The translations under genes were made by a program, and so were the position numbers. 64,000 nucleotides of DNA from a bacterium (GTDB lineage: Bacteria > SAR324 > NAC60-12), in assembly GCA_965233585.1 (NCBI GenBank), contig CBDDTI010000747.1, positions 608,001-672,000 of the forward strand, written 5' to 3'. Positions 57,759 through 64,000 of the stretch are shown one piece after another (position 1 is the first letter of the stretch; each line of letters opens with the position of its first letter). Under the pieces are notes generated by a model. The model was not told the origin of the DNA, ran no database searches, and worked only from the letters and a program-made list of their open reading frames with translations.

Positions 57759-58484
57759 TCAAGAAGTTGTTTCAAAAAACTGATTTTTTCTGTGGGCAAC
57801 AAGTTTCTGTTTGGAAGTTCTTAAAAAGTAGTAGCCTATGATGATAGCAATCAGCATTGAAAATGCTAAATTGAGGTATGCTAATTTTTCATAGCCAAAT
57901 GAGATAAAGATGTCATACAAGGCATGAAGACAAGCCGCCATCAACCAGCCTAGCCACAAATAAAAAATTCTCCTCGTGTATCCTGAAGCATGAGGACGCA
58001 TTAAATGAACTTTCCCCAATGCCATAGCAATGGGCATGCTGACAAAAATATGCACAGGCACGGTCAACACACTGCGCAAGGCAAGCACTGCCTCGCCATA
58101 GCGTCCCCAATAGACTATGTTTTCTACAAATGAGAATCCTAATGCGATGAGCATTGTGTAAACTAGGGCGTCAAAAGGGTCTTGAAATTCGTTTTGTGGA
58201 TAGGCAAACCATAGCAAAATCAATAGCTTAGCAAATTCTTCATTCAAACCAACCATTGCCCAAAAGCCAATTTGTTCGTACAAGTTTGGGGATTCCATCC
58301 AAAATGCTGTGTATTTTTCAGTCCAATGATTGAGCAACAGTGCAATTCCTGCTGAGACACAACCTCCGATAAACAAACGAACCAACAATGAAACGCTGGT
58401 GATTTTGTACTTGCTGACGAAGTAAAAAATCCAAGTCCAAAAGCCAATGGGGACAAAAAGCATTAAGGCGACATTTAACGTCAA
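57759..58484 (-). CDS. PrsW-family intramembrane metalloprotease
   Basis: EEFAK, GFSFVEN, PVH, HALYD. Confidence 0.88.
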   Translation of the reverse strand: MTLNVALMLFVPIGFWTWIFYFVSKYKITSVSLLVRLFIGGCVSAGIALLLNHWTEKYTAFWMESPNLYEQIGFWAMVGLNEEFAKLLILLWFAYPQNEFQDPFDALVYTMLIALGFSFVENIVYWGRYGEAVLALRSVLTVPVHIFVSMPIAMALGKVHLMRPHASGYTRRIFYLWLGWLMAACLHALYDIFISFGYEKLAYLNLAFSMLIAIIIGYYFLRTSKQKLVAHRKNQFFETTS

Positions 58485-58706
58485 AGTTTCCTCATCTAAT
58501 CAAAATGATTTTCAAAAAATATTTAAATTTACAGTAAAACCTTGCTGATGCCAATCAAAATCAAATTTACAAGATTGATTTTCATCATTGGAACTCCCTT
58601 TTATTATAAGTGGCAATCACACATATTAAAATCATTTTATTAAAACTTGTTTTTTTGATAGAATGATAGGCTTTTTTATTAATGAAGAATTTTAGAGGAA
58701 TTTTAA

Positions 58707-60245
58707 ATGAAAAAATGCTTTTTTCAATCATTTTTGGTTCACTTAGTTCAAATGACTTTGGGTGTAACATTACTTTGGGCAAAGCCTTCTGACAGTGTTG
58801 AGGAGCTTTTAGAAAATTTGGCAGAACCTTCTTTTAAAAGTGTTGTAGAGCTTTTGGAAGATTATGTTCCCAAGATGTGGTCGCGTACAGGAGAAATCTG
58901 GCAAGGAACAGACTGGAGTCATCACGTTTTCATTATCACTGACCATCAGAAAGCATACGCCATTAGCACTTCAGGCAAAAAGGAGATTAATCTTTCGTTC
59001 ATTCCTGAAAGAATGGTCACGAATGCAAAGAATGGATTTGGGAGTTTTGAAAAGATTGAATTTGAGGGGAACAATGCCATCGTTGTTGACTATGTTCCAC
59101 CTCCTCAAATCACAAAAGAACAGCTCAAAGAAAGTTTTCCTGATTTAGATGAAGAACAGTTGAAAGAAATGCTTGCGACTGCATTGCCCCAACAAATTGA
59201 TGCTTTAGACCGTTATGCCAGCTTTGGAAGCCATGAATTGTTTCATCTGCTAGAACAAGAGGTCAACACGGCTTCAAAGGCGGAACAAAGTAGTAGAGCC
59301 ACCCTTTATCCTCCCCAGACTCAACCCAGAGTTTTAAGACGAATTTTGTTTGATACCTTAATGCAAGCGTATCAGTCTCCTGAACAACGTGAGCAACATT
59401 TGGCAACTGCCAAATCCCTTTTGAACCAATGGAAAAATCTCTATCCTGATGAATACAGGCAAACACGTCTGAATGAGAACATAGAAGGTGTTGCAAGTTA
59501 TTTTGAGCTATCACTTGCCGTACTTTATGAAACGCAAAGCCCTCTTCAATCCCAAAAGTTTCGTCAAGGTGTGGTCAAACGACTCAATTCAAAAAACTGG
59601 CAGTATCTGATTGGGGCAGAACTTTATCCCATCGGCACGATTGCGACATTTTTACTTCGTGAGGAATCCCAGAACTGGCAGGACTTGTTAACAAATTTAG
59701 ATAGCCCCTTAGATCTCTTATTGCAAAATGTTCAACCAACTCCTGAACCTGAAAAAACGAGAAACTATGACAACTATTCTGCACAAATGGAGGAAAGCTT
59801 TGCACCTTTTAAAGCAGAATTAGAAGACACGTGGGACACCTTGAAAAACAAAGAAGACTTTGTCAAAGTGTTTCTGCCTCCGAACAACCTGATGTCAATG
59901 AGTGGAGTCTTTAAAATCAAAGGCTATGAAGATTTGGAAGTCTTGTTGTATTACTCAGGGAGTGGAACTTCGGGTCAAAATTCTTTTGAAATCACAAACA
60001 AAACGGTGTTTGCTACCAAACAACTGACTTGTGGAATGCAAGGAGCAATCCCCGTTAATTTATTCCTCTATGTCCCTAAAAATCAAATCCAAAAAAAGGA
60101 CAACCAGCTCACTATTCATTGGCAAAATAGCTACTCTTACCATGACCCGAATCAAGGATTTTGGACTCCAGAGAACTTTTTAGCCAAAATTCAATATGAG
60201 ATTGGTCAAGAAGGAGATGATTGGATTTGCCCAAATGTGAATTGA
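58707..60245 (+). CDS. Secreted hypothetical protein with gluzincin-like HEXXH...E motif
   Basis: Signal-like N-terminus; HELFH and downstream EGVASY. Confidence 0.65.
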   Translation: MKKCFFQSFLVHLVQMTLGVTLLWAKPSDSVEELLENLAEPSFKSVVELLEDYVPKMWSRTGEIWQGTDWSHHVFIITDHQKAYAISTSGKKEINLSFIPERMVTNAKNGFGSFEKIEFEGNNAIVVDYVPPPQITKEQLKESFPDLDEEQLKEMLATALPQQIDALDRYASFGSHELFHLLEQEVNTASKAEQSSRATLYPPQTQPRVLRRILFDTLMQAYQSPEQREQHLATAKSLLNQWKNLYPDEYRQTRLNENIEGVASYFELSLAVLYETQSPLQSQKFRQGVVKRLNSKNWQYLIGAELYPIGTIATFLLREESQNWQDLLTNLDSPLDLLLQNVQPTPEPEKTRNYDNYSAQMEESFAPFKAELEDTWDTLKNKEDFVKVFLPPNNLMSMSGVFKIKGYEDLEVLLYYSGSGTSGQNSFEITNKTVFATKQLTCGMQGAIPVNLFLYVPKNQIQKKDNQLTIHWQNSYSYHDPNQGFWTPENFLAKIQYEIGQEGDDWICPNVN

Positions 60246-60424
60246 CCACGTTCAAAGTTTTTAGCCTTTAGACGTTGTCATTCAGCTATAACTGCTTTGT
60301 GAACATTCTGGCTGTTTCAACTCATTCTTGATACACTACTGGGCATGGCATGTCTCTAATTCTACTCTTTGTCTTCCTTATTCTTATTTTTTAATCAGTT
60401 TCACTCTTTCTTTAATTCATAACC

Positions 60425-62500
60425 ATGAAATCTCTCTACATTGTTCCAACAGAACCACGTAGCGGCAAATCTGTTGTCGCTTTAGGTATGATGGAACTGC
60501 TTTTGCGAAATTACAAACGTGTCTGTTGTTTCCGCCCCATTGTCAAAAGTGCCAGCGATGACAATGATTTTAATCTCATCAACACCTATTTTAAATTAGA
60601 ACAAGCGAGGCAAGATAGTTATGCTTACACACTGGAGGAGGCTTGGGATTTGATCAATCTGGGTCAACACGATGCCTTGCTTGAGGGGATTTTCAACAAG
60701 TTCAAACGAATTGAATCAGAATATGATTTTGTGCTTTGTTTAGGAACAGATTTTGAGGATTTAATTCAATCGTTTGAGGTAGATCTGAATGCGGACATTG
60801 CCAAATTTATTGGCGTCTCTTTGATGATTGTCTCCAATGGTAAAAATAAAAATTTACATGAAGCCACTAATTCAGCATTGATGTCACTGGAGTCTTTGCA
60901 AGAAAAAGACACAGATGTTTTTGCTTTGATTGTGAACCAATTTGCTGGAGATGACCCACGTGCATTGGTCTATGAAATCAAGAAAAAAGTCGCAGACCAA
61001 ACGCTTTTGGTTTATTGCTTACCTGACGCACCTGAATTGGGACTGCCAACTATCAGTGATGTTGTGGAATGTCTTGATGCCCAGCTTCTTTATGGTCAGT
61101 CCAAAATTGACCGCCACGTCAAAAACTACATCATTGCTGCTATGCAACTCCCCGGCGTTTTAAAGTACATGGACGAAGGCACGTTGATTATTACACCAAG
61201 CGACCGTCCTGATGTTTTAATTGGGGGGCTGTTGACTTCTGTCTCCAATTCATACCCTCACATTGCAGGAATTTTGCTGACAGGTAGTGAACCACTTGAT
61301 GAGAGAGTTGCCACGTTGATTGAAGGCTGGAGTAACACACCTGCACCAGTCCTTTGGAAAAAAGACTCTACTTCAAAGGTTGCAGAAGAGTTTCAACAGA
61401 TATACGTCAGAATCCGACCCGATGACCGACGTAAAATCTCCTCTGCCTTCAAACTCTTTGATGATTCTATTGATATTCCTGAAGTCAGAGAAGGCTTGCG
61501 TGCAGAAGTACAAGAAACTGTTACCCCAAAAATGTTTGAATATCGTTTAATCCAAAATGCCAAAAATCATAAACAGCATATTGTCTTGCCAGAAGGAGAA
61601 GATGAACGAATTTTAAAGGCGACAGATATTTTGGTCAGGCGAGATGTGGTCAAGATTACACTTTTGGGAGTGAGGGAACAAATCCAAAAATGTGCAACAC
61701 GTCTGGGAATCTCGCTGAACAATGTGTCTATCATTGAGCCAAGTCAGTCAGAACGTTTTGAAGAATACGCAGAAACCTATGCCAAGTTAAGACAACACAA
61801 AGGGATTGGCATTGACCAAGCAAGGGACATCATGCAAGACGTCAACTATTTTGGTTCTATGATGGTTTATTTAGGTCATGCAGACGGCATGGTTTCAGGG
61901 GCGATTCATACCACACAACACACCATTAGACCTGCATTTGAGATCATTAAAACACAAGAGCAATGTTCGTTAGTGTCCAGTGTCTTCTTTATGTGCCTGC
62001 AAGACAAAGTGTTGGTTTATGGAGATTGTGCCATCAATCCAGACCCTGATTCACAAGCATTGGCAGAAATTGCCATCCAGTCTGCAGAGACTGCCTCTAC
62101 TTTTGGGATTGTTCCCCGTGTGGCGATGCTTTCCTATTCTACTGGCACATCAGGTCAAGGAGAAGAAGTGGAAAAAGTCAGGCAAGCCACCCAAATTGCC
62201 AAAGACAAACGACCAGACCTTGCCATTGAGGGACCTATCCAATACGATGCCGCCATTGACCCAGATGTTGCAAAACTCAAAATGCCAAATTCCCCCGTTG
62301 CAGGGCAAGCCACCGTGTTCATCTTTCCAGACCTCAACACAGGCAACAACACTTACAAAGCTGTCCAACGAAGCGCTCATGCTGTGGCTGTCGGACCTGT
62401 CTTGCAAGGACTTCGTAAACCAGTCAATGATTTAAGTCGTGGCTGTGAAGTCCCAGACATTGTTAACACCGTTGCCATCACTGCATTGCAAGCTCAGTGA
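60425..62500 (+). CDS. pta: Phosphate acetyltransferase (long form with DRTGG domain)
   Basis: SGKS, IVLPEGEDER, DCAINPDP, GPIQYDAA, FPDLNTGN, VNDLSRG. Confidence 0.97.
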   Translation: MKSLYIVPTEPRSGKSVVALGMMELLLRNYKRVCCFRPIVKSASDDNDFNLINTYFKLEQARQDSYAYTLEEAWDLINLGQHDALLEGIFNKFKRIESEYDFVLCLGTDFEDLIQSFEVDLNADIAKFIGVSLMIVSNGKNKNLHEATNSALMSLESLQEKDTDVFALIVNQFAGDDPRALVYEIKKKVADQTLLVYCLPDAPELGLPTISDVVECLDAQLLYGQSKIDRHVKNYIIAAMQLPGVLKYMDEGTLIITPSDRPDVLIGGLLTSVSNSYPHIAGILLTGSEPLDERVATLIEGWSNTPAPVLWKKDSTSKVAEEFQQIYVRIRPDDRRKISSAFKLFDDSIDIPEVREGLRAEVQETVTPKMFEYRLIQNAKNHKQHIVLPEGEDERILKATDILVRRDVVKITLLGVREQIQKCATRLGISLNNVSIIEPSQSERFEEYAETYAKLRQHKGIGIDQARDIMQDVNYFGSMMVYLGHADGMVSGAIHTTQHTIRPAFEIIKTQEQCSLVSSVFFMCLQDKVLVYGDCAINPDPDSQALAEIAIQSAETASTFGIVPRVAMLSYSTGTSGQGEEVEKVRQATQIAKDKRPDLAIEGPIQYDAAIDPDVAKLKMPNSPVAGQATVFIFPDLNTGNNTYKAVQRSAHAVAVGPVLQGLRKPVNDLSRGCEVPDIVNTVAITALQAQ

Positions 62501-63294
62501 ATGAGTTTGAAAAAGTTTCTTTGAGACCTATGAACTTACAGCAGGCGGACGCAACCAACCTCCAGTTATTTGAGGCTCCTTTTATTGACTTAACAGTGAC
62601 GTCTCCCCCCTACAATGTGGGTATGTCATATCACTCCAACAATGATGAATTAGCTTATGAGGACTATCTGGATTTTACTAAAAAGTGGCTAGCCAATCTT
62701 TTTCATTGGACAAAAGACTCTGGAAGGTTGTGCTTGAACATTCCATTAGATAAAAACAAGGGTGGACAGCAAAGCGTTGGTGCAGACATCACAACTCTTG
62801 CCAAACAAATAGGCTGGCAATATCACAGCACAATCATTTGGAATGAACAAAACATCAGCCGCAGGACAGCATGGGGAAGTTGGCTTTCTGCTTCTGCTCC
62901 CTATGTAATTGCTCCTGTAGAATTGATTTTAGTTTTGTACAAAAAACAATGGAAAAAAATGTACAAAGGGGAAAGTGATGTGACCAAAAATGATTTTATT
63001 ACATGGACAAATGGCGTGTGGACTTTCAACGGTGAAAGTGCCAAGCGAATCGGACACCCTGCTCCCTTTCCTGAAGAACTTCCACATCGTTGTATCAAAT
63101 TGTTTTCATATTTGGGCGATATGGTTTTTGACCCTTTTCTCGGGAGTGGCACGACAGGTTTAGTGGCGCAAGCTCTGCATCGTCAATTCACCGGCATTGA
63201 AATTGATGCAGACTACCTTGAACTGGCTAAAAAACGTATTGACCATGCTAGAAGCCTCTTTCAACAAAATTCATTTGTACAAGCAACACTGTGA
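62497..63294 (+). CDS. Site-specific DNA methyltransferase, beta class (probably m4C)
   Basis: TSPPY N-terminal to HPAPFP and DPFLGSGTT. Confidence 0.92.
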   Translation: MNEFEKVSLRPMNLQQADATNLQLFEAPFIDLTVTSPPYNVGMSYHSNNDELAYEDYLDFTKKWLANLFHWTKDSGRLCLNIPLDKNKGGQQSVGADITTLAKQIGWQYHSTIIWNEQNISRRTAWGSWLSASAPYVIAPVELILVLYKKQWKKMYKGESDVTKNDFITWTNGVWTFNGESAKRIGHPAPFPEELPHRCIKLFSYLGDMVFDPFLGSGTTGLVAQALHRQFTGIEIDADYLELAKKRIDHARSLFQQNSFVQATL

Positions 63295-63878
63295 AGTCCC
63301 CCCAAATCACGCAACAGGCTTTAATTCAGGAATTTTTTGAGGCAAATCCTCATCGTGATATATCGCATGCAGAGGCTGTGGATTGGCTTGTCGCAGAATA
63401 TAAAAAAAGAGCAAACAAGGTTTTTAGAGACCCAGATAGAGGAATCAGAAAACTTGCACAAATTGGTTTTCTCATCAAAGTTAAAAAGGGTGTTTATAGA
63501 TACGACCCTCATCTTACACATCAGAGAAGTTTAGAAGATTTTACAGAATCTCAAAAAGAACAAATTAAAAAGAGAGATGAATATAGATGCGTCATTTGTG
63601 GAGCAGGTGAAAAAGATGGAATAGAGTTACATGTTGATCATATCAAGCCCAAAGAATTAGGAGGCGAAGCAACAATAGAAAATGGGCAAGTTCTTTGTGC
63701 CAAGCATAACTTTCAAAAGAAAACATTCAAGCAGACTGAAACCGGTAAAAAGATGTTCATTCGTTTGTATGAATTGGCAAAAGTATCTGGAGATCATCAG
63801 TTGCTTCAATTCTGCAAAGATATTTTAGAATTATTTGAAAAACATGGCATCAATGGACATATCAAATGGGAAAAATAA
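63291..63878 (+). CDS. HNH endonuclease, probable cognate restriction enzyme
   Basis: RD.YRCVIC, HVDHIKP...GG....NGQVLC..HN; GTGA overlap with MTase. Confidence 0.85.
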   Translation: MKSPQITQQALIQEFFEANPHRDISHAEAVDWLVAEYKKRANKVFRDPDRGIRKLAQIGFLIKVKKGVYRYDPHLTHQRSLEDFTESQKEQIKKRDEYRCVICGAGEKDGIELHVDHIKPKELGGEATIENGQVLCAKHNFQKKTFKQTETGKKMFIRLYELAKVSGDHQLLQFCKDILELFEKHGINGHIKWEK

Positions 63879-63928
63879 AAATGATTTTTGGCAATTTTTA
63901 AAAAACTACACCAATCAAACAACAGACA

Positions 63929-64000
63929 ATGACAACAGAAGCAGAAGGAATTAGGATTCAAAAAGTGCTGGCTCAGCAAGGGGTTGGCTCAAGGCGTGAG
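63929..64000 (+). CDS. Pseudouridine synthase (RsuA/RluB-like) S4 domain start, truncated by window end
   Basis: MTTEAEGIRIQKVLAQQGVGSRRE. Confidence 0.75.
   Translation, partial: MTTEAEGIRIQKVLAQQGVGSRRE

Overview
Bacterial chromosomal window, Gram-negative (lpxK, MCE protein, OM beta-barrels), AT-rich; gene content suggests a deltaproteobacteria-like lineage such as SAR324 or Bdellovibrionota (weak inference). Mostly housekeeping: truncated CheA-like kinase, a CuA-type heme-copper oxidase operon with heme O/A biosynthesis, MlaF/MCE, ackA and pta, thrS, frr-pyrH, pdhABC, lpxK, def, fliN, coaD, double-length uvrA, argJ, pstS, recJ, obgE, and a methyltransferase-HNH pair. Best observations: (1) oxidase subunit I has an intact A1-type active site (GHPEVY), but the K-channel Ser/Thr/Lys read Ala/Val/Met and two new intramembrane Glu appear; (2) rpsB and tsf form one uninterrupted 651-aa S2-linker-EF-Ts ORF; (3) an accessory block at 34.6-39.3 kb carries a RelBE-like TA pair, four mosaic lipoprotein paralogs with a repeated 29-bp palindrome, and three tandem pairs of tiny membrane proteins, one frameshifted at an A-tract; (4) a stand-alone kinase resembling the N-terminal domain of eukaryotic THNSL1; (5) an MCE protein lengthened by 90-bp tandem repeats. 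No rRNA, tRNA, CRISPR array or transposase was recognised. Family assignments and reference-residue alignments are from motif recall, not database searches.
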